Shown: positions 40,734-53,097 of the stretch, one piece after another
How positions within the stretch are numbered: position 1 is the stretch's first letter
How the letters are laid out: the number at the start of each line of letters is the position of its first letter
Assembly (NCBI GenBank): GCA_049724395.1
Contig: JAUGWO010000042.1
Location: 62,001-126,000 of the forward strand
DNA from: Spongospora subterranea f. sp. subterranea
Taxonomy: Eukaryota
Direction of reading: 5' to 3'
DNA length: 64,000 nt
Notes under the pieces: model-generated
What the model was told of the DNA's origin: nothing
Databases searched by the model: none
What the model saw: the letters and a program-made list of their open reading frames with translations, nothing else
Position numbers and translations under genes: made by a program

Positions 40734-42186
40734 ATGTCAAATGTCAATGATGGATCGTTTTTTCAACCTGTTCTTATAATGTCAGCGTCTTTATCACCAC
40801 GACGCAATTTATCAGCGAAATCTTCAACATCGGATATTGCCAATGTAGAACCTGTTTGGTCGGTTGTAAACGATTTCTTACTTTGGCACAGGAAACATTG
40901 CTGTTCGAGGAACAACGTCCAGACCAGTGTGCTTTCGATGAGATCAATAGGCAACTATATAGTGAGAATTTTACCGAGGGTAATTGCACATCGTCCTGCG
41001 AGATGGCAACTTCTTTCGGATATCGGTCAGGCAATATCGATAATGTCTCAGCCGCAGATATCTCTGAATGGAGACGCGCGTTTTTACATCTTGGGGTGGT
41101 TGGAACTAATATATATCCAGTTATCCAAGATGAGGGCGCCCAATTTATCAAAACGAACCGAATATCGGCCGAGTTTGAGGATCCAATAGCGGATCGGGTT
41201 GACGATCACCTTGTTGTTAACGGGATAACAATACCAATGTAACTATGTGGCGATTCAAACATTAAGTGGTCAATTCTAAGAACCGATATCCAGTAGTGAC
41301 GTCCATAAATCACTTGGTGAGGATGTGCTAGCACAGGATGGTGATATAGAAGAGGTTCTGGCGTACGATAATCGGTGATTTCCCCCCTCATGTGGGAACC
41401 TTTAGGTGTATTGACGACTTCTGATAGGCCAGCTCCATATTCATCGACAGTTCATGTTCATGGTCAAACGAGTAAGTCGTGCATCTGCAGTTCCTAATTA
41501 CCCCTCTGTAATCTCAATTGTGCCCCCTTTTAGATCAGGCTGATGTTCTCCGGGTCAACAAACGGATACAGCATGGATATCCTCCATTAACACCAGATCG
41601 GCAGATTATTCATTTCTTCCTGGATGATGTTGTTCATCGTTTATGGGATTGTTTAGCTAACGTCCTTACCCAATTTATATTCCGAGCCCTTCGACAAAAA
41701 AATCTGGTTATCAAAGGTCCCGAACCGCAACCTAAAGCCCAGCCGAATTGTGATCGATTAAGTGCAGCGATGATTATTCGGCCATATGTGTTGAGGTCGC
41801 CAACGAAGACTACACAACATATGAGCTCGATACCGATTCTACATGAAGGGTCAGTGAGAAAGTTCAAGGACGTCCCTGCTCGAGCAATTGGACCAGCAAG
41901 GCCGTTTACCTGCATAAGTGCTACGAGACAACTCAACAAGATTTGTCTGCAGCCAACACTGAAGGTACGCTCGTATGAACATGTCAGCCAGCATTCCATT
42001 CCCGCGAACCGCTCCAGACGTCGACTTCTCGATCCCGTACGTGTCGGATTGTCGTCCAAACTGCCACCCAAACCAGGAGCCGCCGTTCCCAGAACCAAGG
42101 GAACCGCTGAGCTGATAGAGAGAAGTTTCGCACGAACTTTGGTCAGAAATAGGGGGCTAATCTTGCCGCCGATTAGTAAAATATAA
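40734..42186 (+). CDS. Hypothetical multi-exon protein
   Basis: ORFs 40734, 40856 and 41518 joined by plausible short GT-AG introns; no recognised domain. Confidence 0.45.
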
Positions 42187-42293
42187 ACAAAAGACGTCGA
42201 GATCAACAATTGGCGTTGTTTAACCAGAGAAATTTTTAGGAATAGAGTAGTCTGTTCAGCAAAGTTTTATTGTACGGAATAATGGACAATTAC

Positions 42294-42814
<521 letters not shown>

Positions 42815-44486
42815 TTAGGTCTATGACAGATTGGCACAATTGGCGATAGAATAATATGTAAAGGAGGGACTGCGGAGGAGATCACTCTGGTGTACCGTGG
42901 GGATAAGGTTATGGCAGTGACAACAGGCAGGATGGCGCAACATCACCTCCTTACACACAGGGGACATACCAACTCTCACCATATGTACATACCCTCACGG
43001 ACAAGGGACAACCACCTTGCCTTCTCCATCGTCCGCAGCAATGTTTTTGAAAAATCTCGCCAACAAAATCACGCTCAAGAGTATAGTGAATTAGTGAGAG
43101 TTGTGCGATTCACTTTTTGTTTATCTTCAAATTACGCTGAGCTTATCATCAAAGGAAGATAAGCAGGATAAGGAGAGAAACTCAGGTTTGCTTTGCCGAC
43201 TTCGTGACTTCCAATTGTTGTTGCTGTCGAGTGGTCTCTTGGCTTCCTGTCGTCATATCGTAGACGTTGGACGTTGAGTGGCAATTTGGCGCTGACAACG
43301 GGCGTTCGGCGTTTCTAGGAGGGTTTTGAAATCGGTGGCGAGGTTCGGCGGTAGTAGTGAGCTTCAGACGATCTGCTGAGACGGGGCAATGTTCGGACAA
43401 ACTAGGAGACAAATTGATGTTGGCAGTAATCGACGTTGTCCGAACATCGTCACGCCAAAGTAGACCCCCTGAACCTCACCACTACAGCCGAACCTCAACC
43501 AACAACAATTGGAAGAAGTCCCGTTTTACAGCAAAGCGCTGCTGGCTAACAGAGATGCAGAACTTGATCAATTGCAAGTGACGTTTTCACACTCTGCAAG
43601 GTTCATATTCGCATTGAATACATGATTTTCCTACCATTTGCTGAGAAACTTAACATTGGAGACACTTTTGAATCACTGCAAGTCGCAAGTGTGAGAAACA
43701 GAGCTGCGACTCGAAGAAAACGAGGACCCGGGAGGTTGCCCAATCAGCCACAGAACCAATCGAGACTCTGCCAAATTTCAAATGCCATTCCAAGAAGAAT
43801 AAATTAGAGAACAAATTTGAGCGTGATGCAAGGAATGCAAGGTTTTGGAGAACATTTTGAGGTGAAAGTCTTGTGTTAAAAATTACTGTGGTTTACTAAT
43901 GAAATGAATCAAAAATAAATTTCATCATTCGAAGAGCGAAACGTGCAAATCCATAAAAACGTTCATTGCATCTGGCTCACCGCCATACATTTGCACGGTT
44001 CGATCTCCCGCGATGGCAAATGGGCTGTACCGTAGCAAAGATCAAAGTTCTGGCACCTCGCAAAGTAGGAAGAATCACTGCGTTTCCCAATCAAGACAGA
44101 CAAATGCCAGTACAGTTTCATATGCACTGTTGGTCGTCCAAATAGGGCGGACATGTTCTAAGCAAACTGGCAAGAGATTAGGGTAGTCGCTATGTAGATT
44201 GCGAACTCGCAAATGTAATCGGTCAAGGTGAGCTGTCTTCTTCTACAGTGCACGGGTAATCACAGTCATCTTCATTGGGATCGGAGGCCGGTAAACTGCT
44301 ATACATATCTAAAATAGATTCGAGACAAGTTGTGGGTCACAGAAGTCAGTGACAGACCTCAACAGTCAACAGTCTCAAACAACAGCTCACGTCCGTGACT
44401 GACGGCACGGGCGCAGAGCACTACAGAGTGCCGTCAGATTAGCGCACCTGATTGATTTTCCTCATCAATACCATCGCATTGTTGTC

Positions 44487-44912
44487 ATGTGCAATCCAAT
44501 AGCGAACGTTGAAGGGGTAAATATCTGGATACGGCGGCTTCGGGGCGCCCAGGCATACCTGGTACCATGGGAGCAGGGGCGCCCAGTCAATTGGAGCGCT
44601 CTATTCCCAAAATGTCATGGCGACGATTTTGCTTACTCAGCAGCAACTCGCGGGAGCGAGACAGACAAAATATTCACTTTGATGAGTTTTTACGACCCCA
44701 TTTAAGCGGCCGACGACATGTTTGAATTTGTGTTGGTCTGCCTATTGGCATCGCAGTCCAGCTCAGACGAATCTGGCAATTTCACTCCTCCGATGCCAGT
44801 CGATCTGAGTGGCCACACAATGTCCAAAACACCAGCAACAGCTTTGAAAGTTGACCCGTCTCCTGCGTTAAAAAAACGTTGATCGGTCCGTCTTCGAAAT
44901 AAGCCTCAGTAA
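44487..44912 (+). pseudogene. Intronless ORF relic with two in-frame stops
   Basis: Frame continues past TAA 44703 and TGA 44880 (KKR*SVRLRNK) to TAA 44910. Confidence 0.35.
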
Positions 44913-46182
44913 CCGAAGTTCAGCTGCTCTATTTTGGTCTCCAACTGATTACAACTTTAATGATCTCACTGCTGAACTCGAACAGCCCGAAAAATAAATT
45001 GAACTGTTTTGACTCGGTTCAGGTCTGATATCCAGTTTTTTCCACTATGAAGTAAATCGGCTTGCGAGTTTGGAAAACGATAATCATGGGCAAGTTTACT
45101 TTCATGATTTTGGTGTGTGTTGAACGAAATATAAGGAGGATTTTGAGATTAGTGTTTGATGCAATTTTCAACAGTTGCAATAGCTTTCGCATCATTAAGA
45201 ATGTTCGTTTGTTACCTTTGTATTGTCCTGGGCTTCATTCATTGCGTTACTAATTCCATATTGGTTATCGGATAGATAATCAAAGATTTTCTTTTTGCGT
45301 TAAGGGATAAGGAAGTTCATTCCATCCCCTGCTATTCGGACTCGCGGTCTTGACGATCACTCAAGCTGATACTGATTGGAGCTATTGAGTGAGCTCAGGG
45401 GTGCCCATGGCATTCGAGAAACGCGCTCAACGTAAGGTGCGACTTTCGTTTGCTATTGGTCCCATGAACCGTCAACGCATTGACGACAAATTTCAGTTTT
45501 CAACGCTTTTCGAGCTCGTCGGCGATCAGGTTCAACAACGGGAAAGTGAACGATCAACGCCTCGTCGGATGACGCTTTCAGAGTAGCATGTTCGTTGAGT
45601 TCACCAACGACTTCCTCAATTCTCCGCTTTCGAATGTGGACACACATCCGTATTCGTCGATCGAGATCAGTTTCAAACCGAATGGCATACCAATTATATG
45701 GTTCTGATTCTGGAGCGAGAACTTTGGGCACTCATGGAATATCAAGGGAAGGAGAATCAGAACCATACGTACTTGACCAGATCGAATACCAAGATACTGT
45801 ACGATTGCAAAATACCGGTAGAGGTGCGTTTGCCATTGCTAGAGGATCGTCAAATGACACGTCATGATATACTGGATCTGCAACGAATTAATTAATAATG
45901 TATGTCGCGACTGAGGCAATTTCTCAGGTTCTTTGACACAGATTTGAATCTTTCCGAAACCTTCCCATTTTGATCAACTTCAGACCTTCGGACTCAACAC
46001 GCTATTAATCGCGAAATCACGAGGTTATTCCGAACGATGGTAAAGGCATAAATGGTCGGCAATATCGTGACAAATTAGACGAACGCAAACAAACGCAATA
46101 GTCTTTACAAATATTACAAATGGTCGTGTACTCATTTACAGGTGGTCGTCGACCCATTAAACACTGTGTTCAATGGACGCGC

Positions 46183-47854
46183 TTAATACTGTTGGCTCAT
46201 TTGACTCAGCGGCAAACCGATATGTATTCGGTAAATCGTATCAGCCAGCAATGGTGCTACACTTAAATATTTAATCTTCGAGGATTCTGCATGCTGTTGT
46301 TGGAATGGCACATTTCAGTAGAGCGGAAAAATAGAGTAAAGCATATAGTCATACCTGAGGACGTAATAATGTATCGGATAATACAAGTTCTTGGAGAGGA
46401 GATTCCTCTAGAGTGGCGTCAATCTCTTTGTTAGACAGGACACTAAACCGCTGTGTTAGAATAACATTCGAGCTAGAATACCTTCTCTACCCATGCGTTG
46501 TGCATGCATATATACGATTGGCACCTTGTTTCTTGATAGTGGCAGCTGCCAACTTTATTCGAGACCCTGTATCCGTGATATCGTCTACGATGATGCAGTC
46601 GCAATCGCGAACATCGCCTACAAGAACCATTGTTTCCTATATAGTTTTGAATCACCTGCCAAAAGAAACAACAAGATACGAGCACAAAACTAACTTGCTC
46701 ATGAACACGATGATGCTCTTGACCGGGCACAATAACACCATGGCTATCGGTCGGAGTCACGAAAGCAAGCCCTGTCTCTTGGGGGACAGTCAACGAATCA
46801 GATTGTGATTGCAGAGTTATGAGTTTGATTGTCATACCAATGCCTTGCAAATTGAGCTCTTCTCGAAAGCGGTTCACCCGTTGTATTCCTGTTCCGCTGG
46901 TACTGACAACAACTGGACGATGAAGGTTCCGCTTAACGAAATGAGGTGCGAATAGCTGAACACACACAGCTAATGAGGAAGCCGTCAATTGCCTTAATGT
47001 AGTATGATTCGAAACCTGATGCATAATACTGAGGTTTTCCACTGGGGTGAGTTTACTGTAGGTGCCACATCAAGATCAGCCAGAATTTAAACAGTCAAGT
47101 ACTTTACCTGAAAAAACCTTGGATTTGACCACTATGCAGATCAATAGAGACCACTCTGTCAACTCCAACGGCCTCTAACATCCTGGCAACGTCAGCAGCT
47201 GCAATCGTATCGCGAGCTTCACGCTTTCGATCTTGACGGCAATAGCTGTTCTCGCGTAAGATAAGAATGTGTTAGAGCAAAAAAAACGTACCCAAAATAG
47301 GGAATAACACATGTGATATGTTTCGCCGAAGCTCGCCGCATTGTAGACACAAGAAGCTGCAATATTGATAAGCCCAAGACAAAGCGTTGCAGAGCAGTAG
47401 ATTTACAAGCAGTTCGATGAGATTATCATTAATTGGCGGTCCAGTAGACTGAATAAGGTAAATGTCTTTCCCACGAATATTTTCTTTCAGTTGTATTCCG
47501 ACCTGAGAACGAGAAAACGTTTGAAGACGTTCTGTGCACAATGCTGTTTCCATGATATACCTCCCCATCCTGAAACCTAGATACATTTAATTTCCCCAGA
47601 GGTACTTCTAAAATATCAGCAACTTGTTGAGCAAGTATTGTACTCGCAGAACCCGAAAAGAGCCGCAACCGGTTGCGATCAATTTTGAGTTCGCTGGCCG
47701 GTTGTTCTCGCACGCATTGCTCGGCAAACGCCACCTTGGGCCACGAACGATGCGGGAGTTCATCTCTATGCCAATCGATATAAGACCAAGTGGCGAAGCC
47801 GGCAATTGCACCACATGCGATCTGGCCAAACTGACGCGGAATCAACCGCAACAT
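46183..47854 (-). CDS. PRPS: Ribose-phosphate pyrophosphokinase-like protein with N-terminal extension
   Basis: [63 protein letters not shown]...[25 protein letters not shown]. Confidence 0.9.
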
Positions 47855-47895
47855 GACATTAATCGTTCAAAGTGTCACTTACGCAACATTCAAAA

Positions 47896-48066
47896 TCTTC
47901 AGTACAAACTCATCCGTCGCAACCATAGCTATTCAATATTCACTACGTACAAGTTCATCATCCGTCGCAACCATATTCAATATTCACTACGTACAAGCTC
48001 ATCATCCGCCGCAACTATCTCAATCACCCTAACAATCTTCAGTAAAGACGGATCCGCCGCAACCAT
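47896..48066. repeat. Degenerate tandem repeat, about 45-50-nt unit with core ATCCGYCGCAAC (4 copies)
   Basis: Core at about 47912, 47960, 48004, 48052; TATTCAATATTCACTACGTACAAG repeated twice. Confidence 0.85.
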
Positions 48067-48549
48067 TGATTGCCCTACAATCGCCTCTTGTCGGGACAGT
48101 AATATATTCCTCATTATGTAACCACATATTATCTGAAACCTCTATAGCAAAACCGTCGTGATTATGATCTTGGACAAGTTGGAACCGCAGGCTATTAACC
48201 TTGGAAAAATTCTGGTGCAACTGCACTCCATATGGTAGCAGTATTCTATAGGTTGGTCGTATGTATTGTTTGAGGCTGATCCCTGGTTACTCTGGTTTTA
48301 GGGTAGATTTCATTAAGGAGCTGTTGAAAAATTTGGTCAATCCTTTTATCACTGATAACTATGAAAATACAGCTGGCAATACAGACTTACCGGTATTTTG
48401 GTCAAATCTGTACCAGTGCAGAGTTAATTTCTATGATAATTGATGCGGCGAGCCAACCAACTATCAATAATCTGGGCCAGAATGAGATGACGGACCCCTC
48501 TTCGTGTTCAAGTCCAAACTTCGTTTATGATGGCCGGTATGTATTGTGA

Positions 48550-48960
48550 ACCTGGAACATATCTAAAGAACAAGTCGACTTCTTGGACCTCACTATCATG
48601 AAATCCACTGAAGGCATCATCTCGTTTAAATCCTACGCTAAACCAATTAACACATTCCAGTATCTTCCACCACATTCTTCTCACCCTGCTTCCACTATAC
48701 GAGGCTTCATCAAAGATGAATCAATCCGAGTTTGTAGAGCTAATACTTCTATCGCAAACCGGAAGAATGTGGTGGAAGATACTGGAATGTGCTAATTGGT
48801 TTAGCGTAGGATTTAAACGAGATGATGCCTTCAGTGGATTTCATGATAGTGAGGTCCAAGAAGTCGACTTGTTCTTTAGATATGTTCCAGGTGAGTTTAA
48901 TTCCTGGAATGAACTCGTTCATTACAAAAGCGCGGTTGAGCGAATTACAACCGTTCACAT
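48550..48960. mobile_element. Penelope-like retroelement RT fragment with 131-bp inverted duplication
   Basis: IKLTWNISKEQVDFLDLTI...YAKPINTFQYLPPHSSHP..TIRGFIKDESIR..RANTS; arms 48550-48680 and 48762-48892. Confidence 0.85.
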
Positions 48961-49390
48961 CGGTCAACCAGCTTTCAAGATTGTCACAAGTTGCACTTGT
49001 CGTGGAAAATCGCAACCAATCAGGATCCAACCGGTATTTTCAGATTCTATGATCATCTACAAGGAGCCTAAGCGCCATTCCTAGTTACAAGCGAACCTGG
49101 GCAATCCCAGTCCGAAGGCAATAGATGCATATGTACTTCAGCGATAATGTCGGTAGAGGTCCCTGAGTATATCCATCAAGAATTTACAGTCAACTCTTTA
49201 CCCATTTAATGGCCTCCACGTAAGCGTCATTTTGCCTGAAAACCGGCGTATATCCAATCCGGTTTTATAGGTCCTGGTTTTGTTGGTTGCCGTTTTCATT
49301 GTATGTACAAAATTGCGTTGGACAATCCTAGAAGCTGCTCACCATTGCCAAAGGAAGTGGCTTGCTATATCGGGTGTAAACTTTAATTTA

Positions 49391-50313
49391 TTAGAAATAT
49401 ATAATCAAGAACAAAAGAATAACCAGCAGCAAAGTAAGGAAGAACATTATATATAATTTCCCTCGATCTGATACATTTCATAAATCAACAGAGAGATTTG
49501 CGGAAATCTAGATGGCAGATCCTTACTTGAATTGCCTATAAGTTTATCTAGCTTTTTCATGACGACTTCCATCCGGTCCCCGGCATCATCCATATCTTGG
49601 TCTACTTCATTAAGTAAAAGCCTTTGATCTTCAAGTTCGTCGTGAACTTGTGTTCCCATTACACCAAGTCGCTGCAATGAACTAAGCATGTCATCGAGAT
49701 GCACGTCCTGCTCTTTTTCCATCATCTGTAACGGTTTTTACCAATTGATTTTTGATAATATAAAGTCCATTAATCCACATACCTGTTGGGCTTGTTGAAC
49801 ATGCTTCGCCGCTGGTGCAGCTTCTAAGTCATCGTTTGATGAATATTTTTTAGCAGATTTTGTGGATTTGATAGACGCGCTTTTTGATAGCGCATCGCGA
49901 CATTCCCTGGCGATCACCTTCACATCTGCAACAAACTTTTTCCTTGTGAAAAGCTCTTGATCGTCTATAGTCGGGAATTTGGACCTCTGTTTCTCCACTT
50001 GGTCAATGGTTCGAGACAAATCCTTCACCTGTTGCTCTATTCGTTTGATACGAGATTTTACAGCTCTGGTTGCTCTGCCAATTTCCGCATCACTAGGTGC
50101 ATCACTTCTTGCCATGATATTCGCCCATTGCTCCCGATCAGCAGACAGCAGCTGTGCATCTTTTTGCACCTCCCTTAGGTAAAAACACCAAGAGTCAATT
50201 GAGTCAGGAAAAACATGGCGTCATAATCATTCTAACTCTTTGACTGCATAAAAGGGATCGATATTGGAGCGAGATGGGCGCGGTGATAACTCAAGGTCAT
50301 GATAGTCGTCCAT
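49391..50313 (-). CDS. STX6: Syntaxin-6/10 (Qc-SNARE)
   Basis: DPFYAVKE, DLSRTIDQVE..RSKFPTIDDQELFTRKKFV, SNARE motif EQDVHLD...ELEDQRLLL, C-terminal TM. Confidence 0.9.
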
Positions 50314-50556
50314 CAGGTTGAACCATACGACGAGCAGACGATAAAGGGTGGAGTATCGCGTTCGGACTGGCTAATCTGCCTGCGGATATTAAAGGATTGC
50401 TTGACAGTACCACACTTTGGGCCATTCCCGGTTATTAACTTATGGGTAGGTACAACAACACCACCTTCACGTCTCGAGAAATCACTCAATAAAACAGTGA
50501 GCAAACAATAACCGTTGATTTAATCGAAAGGCAATAATCCTAAATTTATTCTGGGT

Positions 50557-51201
50557 TTACTGGTCCTCGGTTTGATCATTAGTTTTAGAGGCCTGGGTAT
50601 CCTCCATTCGGACATCATTTTCATCGCGATCTTCTGGAGCGTTTTCATCTTCGTCATCCTCATCATCGTCTTCGTCGTCGTCTTCAGCTTCAAAGTCCTG
50701 GTCACCTTCCTCGTCATCTTCTTCTTCTTCAACCGGTGCAACAATGCTACTAGCAGCGATTTGAATAGGAGCAAATTCTTCTTCATCCTCTTCCTCATCT
50801 TCGTCTTCTGGCGTGTAGTCAGCTTCAGCGGTAAAGCGCTCCCACTCATCCTTGGTGAAGTCAGCCGGAACGGCTTCTTCATCCATTCGGAGAAGTACGA
50901 TGTCTCCTTTGATGGAAAATTTCGTGAACGGGTTTGGTAGCTTGTGCTGGTTCTCAGGCCAGTCTTCACCAGTCAAATGTGAACACATAATGACGACATT
51001 TAAGCTCGGCCACTGTCCAACAAAAGTAGGATTTCCCTTGAGGATTGACGCAGTAGCATTTAACTTGGGCGATGTATCAATTGACACTTGTTCAACTTCC
51101 CCGTTAGCCTTGAGGACGACCGCATTGACTGTAGGCCCATCCATGGACATTACGCTGGAGATAGTGGCGGCGTTGAGCTCAGTTGTCATTGATGACGACA
51201 T
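50557..51201 (-). CDS. Conserved hypothetical protein with very acidic C-terminal tail (DUF5880-like core)
   Basis: Intronless ORF; NQHKLPNPF...GDIVLLRMD...DFTKDEW core followed by D/E tracts. Confidence 0.7.
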   Translation of the reverse strand: MSSSMTTELNAATISSVMSMDGPTVNAVVLKANGEVEQVSIDTSPKLNATASILKGNPTFVGQWPSLNVVIMCSHLTGEDWPENQHKLPNPFTKFSIKGDIVLLRMDEEAVPADFTKDEWERFTAEADYTPEDEDEEEDEEEFAPIQIAASSIVAPVEEEEDDEEGDQDFEAEDDDEDDDEDDEDENAPEDRDENDVRMEDTQASKTNDQTEDQ

Positions 51202-51488
51202 AGCGATAAGGTATGAGTGCGCAAACGAAGTTAATGAATGCAATCAAATAGAGGAAATGCCGTGCGCAATAGGTTGATGATGACGGCATCCTCATGAGTC
51301 ATGACCATATGTCCATATCTATCTGTACAGTCTGGAGGTTGCGTAGGTTAACGTATGTTTATGTACAAATAGTTGTACTGTACATGTACCGTAGTTGTAT
51401 TGCGGTGTACCGTGTTGCGCATAATTTATTGCGTGATACAGCATCGGTGCCATTATTCCAGTGCTGGTTCGTTAATCCACAGTCTGTA

Positions 51489-51843
51489 CCGTAGAACACA
51501 GAATATTGCGTCATGAAAATCGAAAAAACCGATGCCCTTATTTTGTGTCTTCGGTTTTCAAAAGTTGGGAATATTGTGTCTTACTATCGAAAAAACCGTG
51601 CATTCTGTGTTTTATCTCATTCATTCTGGGGGGGGGGTTGAAAAAGTTGTGAATTCTGTGTTTTGTAAAGACGAAATTGACTTTATTTACAAACGAAGCT
51701 TGGGTACAGACGAGTTATTGTGTGTTGAATTTCTTCTAAAATCGGCAAATTTTGTGTTTAAATTGATTAAAAACCCGAGTATATCTGTGATCCGGGGTCA
51801 AAAACGGAATATTCTGTGTGACGCAATATTCTGTGTTCTACGG
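51489..51843. mobile_element. MITE, Tc1/mariner-type (25-bp perfect TIR, TA target duplication)
   Basis: TA|CCGTAGAACACAGAATATTGCGTCA ... TGACGCAATATTCTGTGTTCTACGG|TA; internal ATTCTGTG repeats; no recognisable transposase. Confidence 0.92.
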
Positions 51844-53097
51844 TATATGAATCTCTTGGATCCCTCTTCCTGCTTAATGACTGTATCACGACGGCCATGA
51901 GATCTTGATATTAAAATGCAACTTTTTTTCGGTACGAACTTCTTGAATGGGATCAGGATTGGTGTCCCCCATTGAGATCAGTTGGCCTGATTGTCTGAAG
52001 GGATAAAGACCATGAGTCAATGGGGTGTTAGGGGCGGTTACACTGAACGGTGCCGGTTACATGAGTTGTGATTGTTCTGACAGACGATCAAGGAGAACAA
52101 AATCGACGTTGCTCTATGTGCGGCAATGCTTAAATCGAATTTATCATGGATCAGCAGTATATGAATTATGGTTGATGACTGCGTTGTCTGACTCAGTCCT
52201 GGAACAGAACATGACAGATGCTCATAGTGAATCTGCTGCCCATTTGCGAAACACCGGCAGCCCTGAGGCACTCTTCAACTCCAAAATGAGTTCATTTCAC
52301 GAGGCTGTTGAGTTGGGTCTCGGAAAGCTGCGGCCCATTATTGCTTGCGATAAGCAGATATTAAAACCGGGATAATCAAATCGAGATTGTTTCATGTCGC
52401 CATCATCGGCCTTCCTGGAAACAGTCCTCAACAGACCGAGGAATTTTTGTGCGATTAGAGCAAAACTGTGTTTATTAGAAGTTGCCGTGCCTGTTGGTGC
52501 TAATCACAATGCCAATGTATTGGCGTAATGAAGAGCCGAGTTTCCTTTCGAAAATGTAAAAGCCGAAGATTTATTCAAGATTGGGATCGTGAGCCTTTCT
52601 TCCCTGTGACATATGCACCATCTGCAGAAGAATCTGTTGATGATTTTCGGCCTCCTGTTTATCGAGGGCAAGCTTACCTTCGTCGTGATATATATGACGC
52701 TCTTCGCGCATTGTCAAAGTTGTTTGTTTGCTGGAACACTGCAGCTTCGGTGCAATCCGACGTCTCCGTCCTGAATGGGAAAATGTAATTTTGTCATTAT
52801 CTGACCGATCTTTTGTAAAAGGGGTCGTCCTAGCCAAGCAATTCTGGTCACTGAATTATTCATCAAAGACTGGTCAAATTTTGGGAATTCTGATGTATTT
52901 CCGTGTTTTTTTTTTCACGATTAACCATATTGCTTTGTTCTAAGAGAAGCAGGACCCAGAGTAAATACGGAAATACCTGCGATTGATTCAAATAAAGAAT
53001 TTCGACGCGGTGGTTTCAGGGTACTTGGCAGTACTGTAATCGCATTTATTAGTATTAACGTAGATCGTCTGGTAGAGGAAATTTTTGTTTGGGCGTC

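Noticed and set aside
43540..43745. Possible MULE transposase tail (SWIM-like C..H then RKRGPGR)
   Set aside because: Too degraded, with stops and frame changes, and no TIRs identified.
43990..44020. tRNA-like GGTTCGAT...GATGGCA
   Set aside because: No cloverleaf; D and anticodon arms are absent.
45380..46150. Short ORF fragments suggesting a decayed element
   Set aside because: No recognisable motif.
47896..48066. CRISPR-like repeat/spacer appearance
   Set aside because: Spacers are mutually homologous, the context is eukaryotic and no cas genes are present.
52000..52850. Interrupted ORFs next to the MITE as a possible transposase or recombinase
   Set aside because: No DDE or tyrosine-recombinase motif could be identified.
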